Virus record (IMG/VR): IMGVR_UViG_3300035182_002389
Coordinates: 96,001 to 160,000 of that record
Origin: a virus
Taxonomy: Duplodnaviria; Caudoviricetes
DNA length: 64,000 nucleotides
Direction: 5' to 3' (one strand)
A program made the position numbers and the translations under genes. The notes under the pieces were generated by a model. The model saw nothing but the letters and a program-made list of their open reading frames with translations. It was not told the DNA's origin and made no database searches. Positions 34,636 to 42,720 of this stretch are shown in pieces (the first letter of the stretch is position 1; each line of letters begins with the position of its first letter).

Positions 34636-34983
34636 ATGCCCAACGAAGGCTTCAATCCGTTTCCCGGCTTCGTGCACGCAGACAGCACCTGCGCGCTCCA
34701 GAACGTCAACACCGACGGCCTCGACATCGGCTGCCTCGCGAAGACGCCCCAGATCCAGCAGCGCGCTCCCGGCACGCTGGACGGCTGCACCTACTGGCGC
34801 CTCGACGAGACAGACCCGCCGCTCAGCGTCGACGGCAACGACGTGCTCGCGACCTACAACAGCGGCATGCCGCTCGACGGCGCGGCCCACCCGTGCACCG
34901 TCGTCGAGCCGAGCGCGCACAGCCTCCGCGGCACGCAGCGCTGGATTCGCCTCAACATCTACGACGTCGCGTCCGACCTCTAG
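34636..34983 (+). CDS. EGFNPFPG paralog 2
   Basis: MPNEGFNPFPG...TCALQNVNTDGLDIGCLA...TQRWI. Confidence 0.85.
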   Translation: MPNEGFNPFPGFVHADSTCALQNVNTDGLDIGCLAKTPQIQQRAPGTLDGCTYWRLDETDPPLSVDGNDVLATYNSGMPLDGAAHPCTVVEPSAHSLRGTQRWIRLNIYDVASDL

Positions 34984-35075
34984 TCCACATCCGTCAGCGC
35001 CGACGGACCCGTCGCGTCGGCGCTGGCGGACACGCTCTGCAACATCTTCATCCGGTCTTCCTCTCGGAGCGCGCC

Positions 35076-35441
35076 ATGAACGAAGGTTACAATCCGTTTC
35101 CGGGGCTCGTGTACGCGCCGGACGTTTGCACGCTCCAGAACTTCAACACCGACGGGATGATCAGCGGCTGCCTCGCGTCCACCCCCGATCCCCGAAAGAG
35201 GCTCGGGCCTTTCGGGCCGACCCTCCACAGTTGGTTCTACCGCTTCTGGTACCCGACGACCGAAGATGCGTTCATCATGCCCGAGGTAAACGGGTGGAAC
35301 GTTTTTTCGACGTACAACGGACCGGAAGGCCAGAACGACGGCGACCCGTGCCCGGTGCTGCCGAAAGGCATCAACGCGCACACGGCCTCGGGACCTGCGC
35401 GGTTCATCCGACTCAACATCTGGGACGTCTTCGGCTACTGA
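35076..35441 (+). CDS. EGYNPFPG paralog 3
   Basis: MNEGYNPFPG...VCTLQNFNTDGMISGCLA...GPARFI. Confidence 0.85.
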   Translation: MNEGYNPFPGLVYAPDVCTLQNFNTDGMISGCLASTPDPRKRLGPFGPTLHSWFYRFWYPTTEDAFIMPEVNGWNVFSTYNGPEGQNDGDPCPVLPKGINAHTASGPARFIRLNIWDVFGY

Positions 35442-35474
35442 TCGTTCAGAGCCTGCGCAGCCGAAGAAAGCACC

Positions 35475-36254
35475 ATGAGCGAAGGATACAACCCGAATCC
35501 CGGCTTCTTGTCCGTCGACACGACGTGCGAGTTGCAGGCAAAAAGCATCGACGGGCTCGATGAGGGCAGCGTCGCGTTTGTGCGCGAAGACGTCTTCGTC
35601 CCTTGGATCGACGCAAGCCCTGACAGCGGCCCCTACCACTACTACCGCCTCGCGTTCTTCACGTTCCCCGAGTTCCCGTTCTTCAAGGTCGGGCCCATCC
35701 CAAGGTCGTTCAGTCCGAAGGCGGCCGGCGCGAAGACGGCCGGCGCGAAGACCGCTCCTGCGGCTCCTTTCGTTCGGTATTCCGACTACCAGCGAGCCAT
35801 GGAGAAGGCAGCCTTCGACGTCTACAGCGCCGCTGTCGACGCCTTCGAGAAGGTCAACCCGGAAGCCGCAACCAAGATCCGTGCAAAGATGACGGCCAGC
35901 GCTGCTCTCGCTGCGACCAAGCCTTCCGCGAAGACTCCGAAGAACCCGCTGACCGCAAAGCGCGCCGCGGCCCAAGCGCCTGTCACCCCGCCCCTCGGCG
36001 CGACGGGTCCGAAGCAGCTTCTCACCAACCCCAAGCAGAGTCTCATCGATCCGCCTGCGGACCCGAGCCTCTGGACCTATGCGCCGTGGCCGGACGGATC
36101 CAGCATCCTCGCAACCTGTGCGAGCGGGCCCGCGCTTCAGCAAGACGGCGAAACCCTCTGCGGAAACGGCGTCGGCGAAGCTTCGCTGCAACGCTACGCC
36201 GGCACGAGTCGCTGGCTTCTGATCAGCGTCCAAGACGCCATCCTGTTCGACTAG
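35475..36254 (+). CDS. EGYNPNPG paralog 4 (with basic Ala/Lys/Pro insertion)
   Basis: MSEGYNPNPG...TCELQAKSIDGLDEGSVAFV...GTSRWL. Confidence 0.85.
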   Translation: MSEGYNPNPGFLSVDTTCELQAKSIDGLDEGSVAFVREDVFVPWIDASPDSGPYHYYRLAFFTFPEFPFFKVGPIPRSFSPKAAGAKTAGAKTAPAAPFVRYSDYQRAMEKAAFDVYSAAVDAFEKVNPEAATKIRAKMTASAALAATKPSAKTPKNPLTAKRAAAQAPVTPPLGATGPKQLLTNPKQSLIDPPADPSLWTYAPWPDGSSILATCASGPALQQDGETLCGNGVGEASLQRYAGTSRWLLISVQDAILFD

Positions 36255-36309
36255 GACCGCGTCGTTCGACGACGCTCACGATTCACGTTCAACCATCGGA
36301 GAAGAGAAC

Positions 36310-36705
36310 ATGCCGAACGAAGGCTTCAACCCGTTTCCCGGGTTCATCAACGCTGAGACGACCTGCGACCTCCAGGCGGCCAACACCGACGGTCTGCAAG
36401 AGGGCTGCCTCGCCTTCGTGCGCACGCCGATCATCTTCGAGAACGACCCGAACCTCGGACCGTTCCACTACTACCGCTACACCACCATCGACACCGTGCT
36501 GACCCCCGCGCTGCCCGTCGACGGCGTGCTCGTGCTCGCGGCCTACAACAGTCAGCCGGCTCGCCAGCAGCCCTCGCTGAGCCCCTACGTCCCGGGCAGC
36601 GTCGGCGCTCTCTGCGCCCCCATCCCCGATCAGGTCGACGCGCACCAGCCCGGCCCGGCCCGCTGGATCCTGGTCGACATCAGCGACTTCACCGTCGCGC
36701 CCTGA
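36310..36705 (+). CDS. EGFNPFPG paralog 5
   Basis: MPNEGFNPFPG...TCDLQAANTDGLQEGCLAFV...GPARWI. Confidence 0.85.
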   Translation: MPNEGFNPFPGFINAETTCDLQAANTDGLQEGCLAFVRTPIIFENDPNLGPFHYYRYTTIDTVLTPALPVDGVLVLAAYNSQPARQQPSLSPYVPGSVGALCAPIPDQVDAHQPGPARWILVDISDFTVAP

Positions 36706-36758
36706 TCGCCTTCGGCGACCCGCCCCTTCCACGACTCACCCGTCACGGAGAAGAAGAC

Positions 36759-37109
36759 ATGACCGAAGGCTACAATCCGTTTCCCGGCATCATCGTCGTG
36801 GAAACCACCTGCGAGCTTCAGAACACCGACACGAGCGGTCTCGATGACGGCTGCCTCGCGTACGTGAAGACCAAGGGCGCCGGCCTCGCCGTCGACTTCC
36901 ACTACTTCCGCCTCTACGACTACCGCGTCGGCGCACCGCCCCCGAACGGCACGACGATCCTGTCGACCTACAACGGTCCGCCGTCCGTTCAGCAGGGGAT
37001 CAACTGGAACACCGCCGGCGCCGTCTGCGCGCAGCAGGGCGACGCGCACCACGCGGGCGGCACGGTCCGCTGGATCCTGACCGACATCATCGACAACGCC
37101 AACGCCTGA
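36759..37109 (+). CDS. EGYNPFPG paralog 6
   Basis: MTEGYNPFPG...TCELQNTDTSGLDDGCLAYV...GTVRWI. Confidence 0.85.
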   Translation: MTEGYNPFPGIIVVETTCELQNTDTSGLDDGCLAYVKTKGAGLAVDFHYFRLYDYRVGAPPPNGTTILSTYNGPPSVQQGINWNTAGAVCAQQGDAHHAGGTVRWILTDIIDNANA

Positions 37110-37160
37110 CGTTCGGCAACGCGCTGCCTGCTTGATACCGACGCGCCTTCGGAGAAGAAC

Positions 37161-37514
37161 ATGAGCGAAGGGTACAATCCGTTTCCCGGTATCATCCAGG
37201 CAGCGAGCCGTTGCGAGCTTCAGAACACGGTCACCGACGGACTCGACGAAGGATGCCTCGCGCGCATCACGCCTGACGACGACGATCGGAACGGCTGGTT
37301 CTACTACCGCTACTACGCCCTTCGGGACGGAGAGGCTTCTCCGCAAATCGACGGGTATTTCGTGCTGTCGACGTACAACGGGCCCGAAGCCAAGTTCCGA
37401 GAGAACGGCGATTTCGCCTGGCGCACCGTTTCGTGCCCCGACCAAGGCCCCGCACACAGCGACCTCGGGCCGGGCCGCTGGATCCTGACGAACATTCAGG
37501 ATTTGGACTGGTGA
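37161..37514 (+). CDS. EGYNPFPG paralog 7
   Basis: MSEGYNPFPG...RCELQNTVTDGLDEGCLARI...GPGRWI. Confidence 0.85.
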   Translation: MSEGYNPFPGIIQAASRCELQNTVTDGLDEGCLARITPDDDDRNGWFYYRYYALRDGEASPQIDGYFVLSTYNGPEAKFRENGDFAWRTVSCPDQGPAHSDLGPGRWILTNIQDLDW

Positions 37515-37517
37515 ACG

Positions 37518-37538
37518 CGGGCGGTCTCGGGCCGCCCG
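37518..37538 (+). terminator. GC-rich hairpin after the paralog array
   Basis: CGGGCGG-TCTCGGG-CCGCCCG; no U-tract. Confidence 0.35.
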
Positions 37539-37544
37539 TCCACT

Positions 37545-37700
37545 GACGAGGGATTCTTCAAGGGGCGTCCGAGGGGTGTTTCTCCCGTCCACCCCCATCA
37601 CCCGAGACGCTCCGCGTTCGGGCAAATCGGCGGGCCTTCCGGTCCCCCGCTCTCTTGCCCGCGCGCGAAACCTCGGCCGTCCCTTGAAGGACCCCTCGCC
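37545..37700. ncRNA. candidate structured non-coding element
   Basis: 23-bp imperfect outer stem (37545-37567 / 37678-37700), continued by CCGAGG/CCTCGG and TTTC/GAAA, enclosing two hairpins. Confidence 0.45.
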
Positions 37701-37733
37701 GATCTTCCACCGCATCCGCAGGACCCCCACTCG

Positions 37734-38144
37734 ATGTTCTTCCCGCGCGTGATCCTGACGCTCTTCAACGGCGAGTACGATCGGGACCTCGGCGAGCGCG
37801 CCGTCTTGCACCTGCTCGACGCGCTCGTCGCCATCGACGAGGACTACCTCCGTCGCCACCCCGAGATCCCGAAGCTATACGCCTCGGGCGTGCGCTACGA
37901 ACGGCAGAAAGGCGACCAGGAAGACTGGCACGACATCCCGACCACCATCTCCATCGGCAAGAGCGACTGCAAGGTCCTCGCCGCGTGGAGGTGCGCCGAG
38001 CTGCGTCTGCAAGGCATCGCCGCCGTGCCGACGCTCTTGCGTCAGCCGACCAAGACCGGCCTGTACCTCTACCACATCCAGGTCCGCTACCCGAACGGGT
38101 ACATCGAAGACCCGAGCGTCATCCTCGGCATGGCGCCTCCCTGA
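37734..38144 (+). CDS. transglutaminase-like cysteine protein
   Basis: SDCKVLAAWRCAELR...YHIQV...IEDPS: Cys-His-Asp triad order. Confidence 0.7.
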   Translation: MFFPRVILTLFNGEYDRDLGERAVLHLLDALVAIDEDYLRRHPEIPKLYASGVRYERQKGDQEDWHDIPTTISIGKSDCKVLAAWRCAELRLQGIAAVPTLLRQPTKTGLYLYHIQVRYPNGYIEDPSVILGMAPP

Positions 38145-38161
38145 ACTCCCACACCGGCGCC

Positions 38162-38176
38162 GACTTACGGTAAGCT
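38162..38176. promoter_or_regulatory. palindromic operator/-10 site
   Basis: GACTTACGGTAAGCT; near-identical at 41135 and 56230. Confidence 0.6.
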
Positions 38177-38186
38177 GAGGACCGCC

Positions 38187-39848
38187 ATGAATCCCCTCCT
38201 GCTCCTGCTCGTCGCCGGTGGTGCTGCCGCGGTCTACGCCTTCACGAAGAAGAAGGCCACGCCCACGAGTCTGCCCGTCGACACGACGCCCATCGATCTC
38301 ACGTTGGGCAAGCAGGGTACGGCTCTCACGATCGATTCCCACCGGCCACCTCCGCCTCCGCCTCCGCCTCCGCCTCCGCCTCCGCCTCCGCCTCCGCCTC
38401 CGCCTCCGCCTCCGCCTCCGCCGGCCATCCTCGCGCCGCAGGCGCTCGACGACGCGCAGAAGCAGAGCCTCTTCAAGCGTCTGCCGGACATGGTCATGGT
38501 CACCGACCCTGCGAGCGGACCGCTGGCGCACAGGGTCAGCCTGCGCGACAACGCCAACAAGAGCCGAATGGGTGGCGAGCTGTTTCCGGCCGTCTTCAGT
38601 GACACGCTCGCGACCATCGTCACGCGCACGGACGATCCCGGCGGCATGGAGGTCGAGTTCGTCGATATGCCGACCGCGGCCGTGCTTGTCGCGCCCGGCA
38701 GCCGATGGTTCCTCTTCCTCAAGCCGGGCGAGGCCAAGACGCTGACCGCGCTGCCGGGCATGCCTTCGCTCGCGAAGCCTCCGACCCCGGAAGAGATCGC
38801 AGCCGCCAAAGCAGCGGCCGACAAGGAGGCCTCGGACAAGGCCGCGGCCGACAAGATCCTTGCGGACAAGGCTGCCGAGGACGCCGCTCAAGCCGCTCTG
38901 CTCGCTGCCGAGGCCGACAAGATGGCCGCCGAGAAGGCCGCCGCCGACGCCGCTGCTGCCGCCAAGGACGCCGCTGGCAAAGCAGCCGCTGCCGAGGCCG
39001 CCAAGCGCGCGTCCATGAGCTACGCGGACGCGACGCAGGACCTTCACATCAGCTCCTTCATCGTCGATGGGCTGCCCGCCGTGCCGTGGAGCGATTGGAC
39101 GAAACAGATCGCCGATCAGCTCCAGGCCGCCGGCTACACGACGGCCGCCAACGTGCTGTACGCAAAGTCTCCCGAGGCGGCTCAGAAAATCGCAGACGAG
39201 ATTGCCGCGAAAGCTGCCATGGGCGTCGGCGAAGCGGGCGACGCGCTCGGCTACCCCATCACCATCATCTTCGATCTGCTCTCCGGCAAGGACCCGGCGC
39301 AAGCCCTCGAAATCTCCAACAAGATGCGGGATGCAGGCTACACGGCCGCGGCCGACACGCTGTACGCGACGACGCCCGAATACGCCACGGCGCAGCGCGC
39401 CAAGATGTACATCATCGACGTGGGCGCCAACGAATATGCGGTCTTCCGAGGCACGAACATCGGCGCCATGCTCGCTCTCGCCGATCAGCTCGCGACCAAG
39501 GGATACGTCGAAGCTTCGGAGCAGCTTTTCGCACGGGCCGACAGTCTCGGATGGTTCCCGAAGAGCAACGACCATCCCCTGCGCATGACGGTCGACGACA
39601 TGACGGGCCGGAGCGCGCCGGCAGGACTCTTCGACGGGTCCTACGCGAGCAAGCAGCTCTCGATTGCAGGCGTCAACCTGCTCAGCCTCATCGACATCGT
39701 TGGCGCCCTGCGCAACCATCAGGACGCGGCCATCTCTTCCGGGAACAAGTACGCCGGGATGTTCGAGAACGCTGGGTATCACGTCGCGGCAAGGCAGCTT
39801 CTCGACCTGACCGCATCGCTCGTGCATCTGTTCGCTGCCGGCGCGTAG
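38187..39848 (+). CDS. signal-anchored virion membrane protein with poly-Pro stalk and LxxxGYxxAAxxL repeats
   Basis: MNPLLLLLVAGGAAAVYAFTKKK; 26 consecutive Pro; AAAK coiled coil; four GY helical motifs. Confidence 0.85.
   Translation: MNPLLLLLVAGGAAAVYAFTKKKATPTSLPVDTTPIDLTLGKQGTALTIDSHRPPPPPPPPPPPPPPPPPPPPPPPPPPAILAPQALDDAQKQSLFKRLPDMVMVTDPASGPLAHRVSLRDNANKSRMGGELFPAVFSDTLATIVTRTDDPGGMEVEFVDMPTAAVLVAPGSRWFLFLKPGEAKTLTALPGMPSLAKPPTPEEIAAAKAAADKEASDKAAADKILADKAAEDAAQAALLAAEADKMAAEKAAADAAAAAKDAAGKAAAAEAAKRASMSYADATQDLHISSFIVDGLPAVPWSDWTKQIADQLQAAGYTTAANVLYAKSPEAAQKIADEIAAKAAMGVGEAGDALGYPITIIFDLLSGKDPAQALEISNKMRDAGYTAAADTLYATTPEYATAQRAKMYIIDVGANEYAVFRGTNIGAMLALADQLATKGYVEASEQLFARADSLGWFPKSNDHPLRMTVDDMTGRSAPAGLFDGSYASKQLSIAGVNLLSLIDIVGALRNHQDAAISSGNKYAGMFENAGYHVAARQLLDLTASLVHLFAAGA
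38349..38420 (+). repeat. (CCTCCG)12 microsatellite encoding poly-proline
   Basis: Perfect hexamer repeat. Confidence 0.95.
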
Positions 39849-39884
39849 CCATCTGCGCCAGCCTTACGGTACACTGGAGACACC

Positions 39885-41042
39885 ATGAACCCCCTGCTCC
39901 TCGTTCTGATCGCTGGCGGCGCTGCTGCGGCCTACTTCCTCACGAAGAAGTCGACGCCCGTCGCCGACACGACCGGGCAGCCGGCGCAGCCCGATCAGCC
40001 TGTCACGCCCCCGGGGCCTGCTGTCAAGCCGAAGCCGGTCGCCGTGCTTCCGCAGGCGCTCGACGCGGGGCAGCGCAGCGCGCTCTACAAGTCCCTTCCG
40101 ACGATGGATCTCGTGGACGGTCCGACCAAGACGCCGTCGAACGCGTCCGGGACCATCGCCGTCTCGAAGATCAGCCTCAAGAAGAACGCCATCTCCAGCG
40201 AGGTGCGCACCGACGCGTTCCCCATCATCGCTTCGGCGAACCTCGGCGGCCCCGACGGCAAGGCGCACAAGACGACCATCCTCGCGACCATGACCAACGA
40301 ACCTGGCGGGATGGAGATCGCCGCAGTCGACGGCGCCGACCTCGCGCGCTCGATGCTGCTGCCGGGCAGCCGCTGGTTCCTCTTCATGGAACCGGGGCAG
40401 GCCACGACGCTCTCGAAGGAAGCGGGCGCGCCTGCCATCCCCGCGAACCTTCCGCCCATCGTCATGCCCGACACCGGCGCCCCGAAGCAGGCGCTCACAA
40501 ATCCGCTCACGAGCAGCAGTCACATCTCGAAGGACAACATCGTCTTCAAACCGATCTTCCTCATCCACGGACTGATCGGCGACAAGGCCAACACTCCGCT
40601 CGCTGACATCCCGGGCCCCACGGGCATCAACGCGCGCGCTGCCGCGACCCGCTCCGACTCGGCCTCGATGGTCACGTGGGCCGACCAGCTCATCTCCGAG
40701 GGCTACACCAAGGCCGCCCAGGCGCTCTTCGATCAAGCCTACGCGATCGGATGGCGGGCATCGCCGACCGATCACAAGGAGCGAATGATTCTCGGCGACA
40801 TGCTCGACGCGAGTGCGCCGAACTACGACGCGGCCTACATCGCAGACGGCGTCGTCTTCAGCAATGCGGGCGACGGATCGTTCAACCTCGACGATCTTCG
40901 CGCGCTCGTCTACGCGGCGAAGACCGTGCCTCTGCCGACGCAGGTCGGCCCGCTCAACGACGCTGCGGCGAGCTTCCTCGCTGCTGGCTACACGGGCCTC
41001 GCGGGCGAGCTGAGCAACCTCGCCAAGAGCATCGTGGGCTGA
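39885..41042 (+). CDS. signal-anchored membrane protein, paralog of 38187
   Basis: MNPLLLVLIAGGAAAAYFLTKK; PQALD...PGGME...PGSRWFLF shared with 38187. Confidence 0.85.
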   Translation: MNPLLLVLIAGGAAAAYFLTKKSTPVADTTGQPAQPDQPVTPPGPAVKPKPVAVLPQALDAGQRSALYKSLPTMDLVDGPTKTPSNASGTIAVSKISLKKNAISSEVRTDAFPIIASANLGGPDGKAHKTTILATMTNEPGGMEIAAVDGADLARSMLLPGSRWFLFMEPGQATTLSKEAGAPAIPANLPPIVMPDTGAPKQALTNPLTSSSHISKDNIVFKPIFLIHGLIGDKANTPLADIPGPTGINARAAATRSDSASMVTWADQLISEGYTKAAQALFDQAYAIGWRASPTDHKERMILGDMLDASAPNYDAAYIADGVVFSNAGDGSFNLDDLRALVYAAKTVPLPTQVGPLNDAAASFLAAGYTGLAGELSNLAKSIVG

Positions 41043-41244
41043 TTCCAACCTCTTCTGCTTGTTGGCCGCGACCGTGCTTCATAGCGCGCCGCGGCCGACT
41101 TGCATTTCGGACCGCGAGCTGGCGGATCAAGACCGACTTACGCTAAGCTCGAACCCATGGAACCGCTTCTGCTCTCGGCCGCGGACGACTGATCGTTTCG
41201 AGTCCACGATCCAAAACGATCAACCATCGAGGCGCGCCCGCACC

Positions 41245-42168
41245 ATGCCCCCCATCCTCATCGTCCTGATCGCCGGCGGCATCTTCGCCTACCTCATGTC
41301 GCGCGCTCCCAAAGGCGCGACGCCCATGGCGGGATCTACGCAAGGCTCCGCGCTCAGACGGTCCCCCGACACCGTTCGCATCGCTCCGGTGACGTACAGC
41401 GCGGCGTTCCCGCAGACGCTCACGAAGTCCGAGCAGATCCAGTTCCTCAAAGCCCTGCTCACCTACCGCATCATCGATCAGATGGGCGAGGTCACTCCCG
41501 CGCTGCCAATGGGCGTCACGGTCCCGAAGGATGGCGGGTCCGACGCTGCAACACTCTTGCCAGCAGCCTCTTCCGATGGCGTTGCGGCGCTGCCTATCGT
41601 CGCTGCCGCCAACCGCCTCGGTCACATCATCCTCGCGACCACGCCGCTCGACGGCGGCAAACGCGGACTCATCTCGCTCGGGCCGAAGGTCGACTACAAG
41701 CCCTTCGTGGCGCCCGGCTCGAACTGGTTTCTCTTCCTTCTACCAGGCGCCATCGAGCGCCTCGCAGACGAAGCCAAGATCACGCTGCCCGCGCCTTTTG
41801 GCCGCGGCGAAATCCTCGACGCATCCTTCGTTCAAGAGGCTCCGTCCTACGTCGCTCCCACCAGCACGCCCGCGTACGCGATGATGAAGGTCGAGCCTGC
41901 ACCGGCTCCGAAGACCGAAGACGACGTCGCGCAGATCGAGATCAAGGCGACCACGGCCGCCGACGATCTATCCGGGGCCGAGTTCAAGAACGAAGCCCAG
42001 GTTTGGGCTCGCGCGAAGGGGGCCTCCACCGATGAGGAGAAGGCCGCAGTCATCCCCGATCTCGTAGCCGACTCCGCGGTGCTCAAAGCCAAGGGATACG
42101 ATCTCGCGTCGAGCCAGTTCCTCACCCAAGCGACGACCTACGGGTACGTCACAACGCCGAAGGCCTGA
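41245..42168 (+). CDS. signal-anchored membrane protein, same family
   Basis: MPPILIVLIAGGIFAYLM; PGSNWFLF; LKAKGYDLASSQF. Confidence 0.8.
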   Translation: MPPILIVLIAGGIFAYLMSRAPKGATPMAGSTQGSALRRSPDTVRIAPVTYSAAFPQTLTKSEQIQFLKALLTYRIIDQMGEVTPALPMGVTVPKDGGSDAATLLPAASSDGVAALPIVAAANRLGHIILATTPLDGGKRGLISLGPKVDYKPFVAPGSNWFLFLLPGAIERLADEAKITLPAPFGRGEILDASFVQEAPSYVAPTSTPAYAMMKVEPAPAPKTEDDVAQIEIKATTAADDLSGAEFKNEAQVWARAKGASTDEEKAAVIPDLVADSAVLKAKGYDLASSQFLTQATTYGYVTTPKA

Positions 42169-42170
42169 CC

Positions 42171-42674
42171 ATGAAGGCTCTACACCTCGTCGCTGCGGGA
42201 GGCGCTGCTCTCCTTCTTTTCGGCCTCCTGAAGAAAAAGGCTTCTGCCGCTGCCGGCACGACGCTCAACCAGCCCGTCCAGACCTTCGCCACGAAGAACC
42301 AAGTCGGCTGCCTCCAGTACACGCTCAACCAACGCTACGGGCTCAAGCTCCCCGAGACCGGCATCTACGACGAGGCGACCAGGGTCGCCGTCCAGCAAGC
42401 CCAGAGCGAACTTGGCCTGCCCACGACCGGAGAGATCGATCTTCCGTTGCTCACGAAAATCGGCGGATGCGGATCGATGGAGACCTTCTACCGCTGCGTA
42501 CAGAAGGCCTTGAATGCAACCAAGCGCCCCGACGGCACAACCTACGAAAAGGTCGACGAAGACGGCCTGCTCTCTTCGCCCCTCGTGCGCGCTTTGCGTC
42601 AGTTCCAGGCGGATTACAACCTGCCCGTGACCGGCCGACTCGATCTTTTGACGCTCAACGCGGTACAATGCTGA
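42171..42674 (+). CDS. signal-anchored protein with two peptidoglycan-binding (PG_binding_1-like) domains
   Basis: LQ..LN....TGIYD..TR.AV...Q...GLP.TG..D repeated twice. Confidence 0.85.
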   Translation: MKALHLVAAGGAALLLFGLLKKKASAAAGTTLNQPVQTFATKNQVGCLQYTLNQRYGLKLPETGIYDEATRVAVQQAQSELGLPTTGEIDLPLLTKIGGCGSMETFYRCVQKALNATKRPDGTTYEKVDEDGLLSSPLVRALRQFQADYNLPVTGRLDLLTLNAVQC

Positions 42675-42720
42675 GCGCTGCGGCGACGAGCCGAAACGCA
42701 CCCTGATCTGGAGCTACACC

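Noticed and set aside
33536-37514. Diversity-generating retroelement acting on the seven paralogs
   Set aside because: No reverse transcriptase and no near-identical TR/VR pair; divergence is general, not adenine-specific
37543-37676. Hammerhead ribozyme (CTGACGA ... GAAAC)
   Set aside because: Core motifs are present, but the pairing topology does not give stems II and III in the required order
38187-39848. Tail tape-measure protein
   Set aside because: Too short, N-terminally anchored with a poly-Pro stalk, and no tail genes nearby
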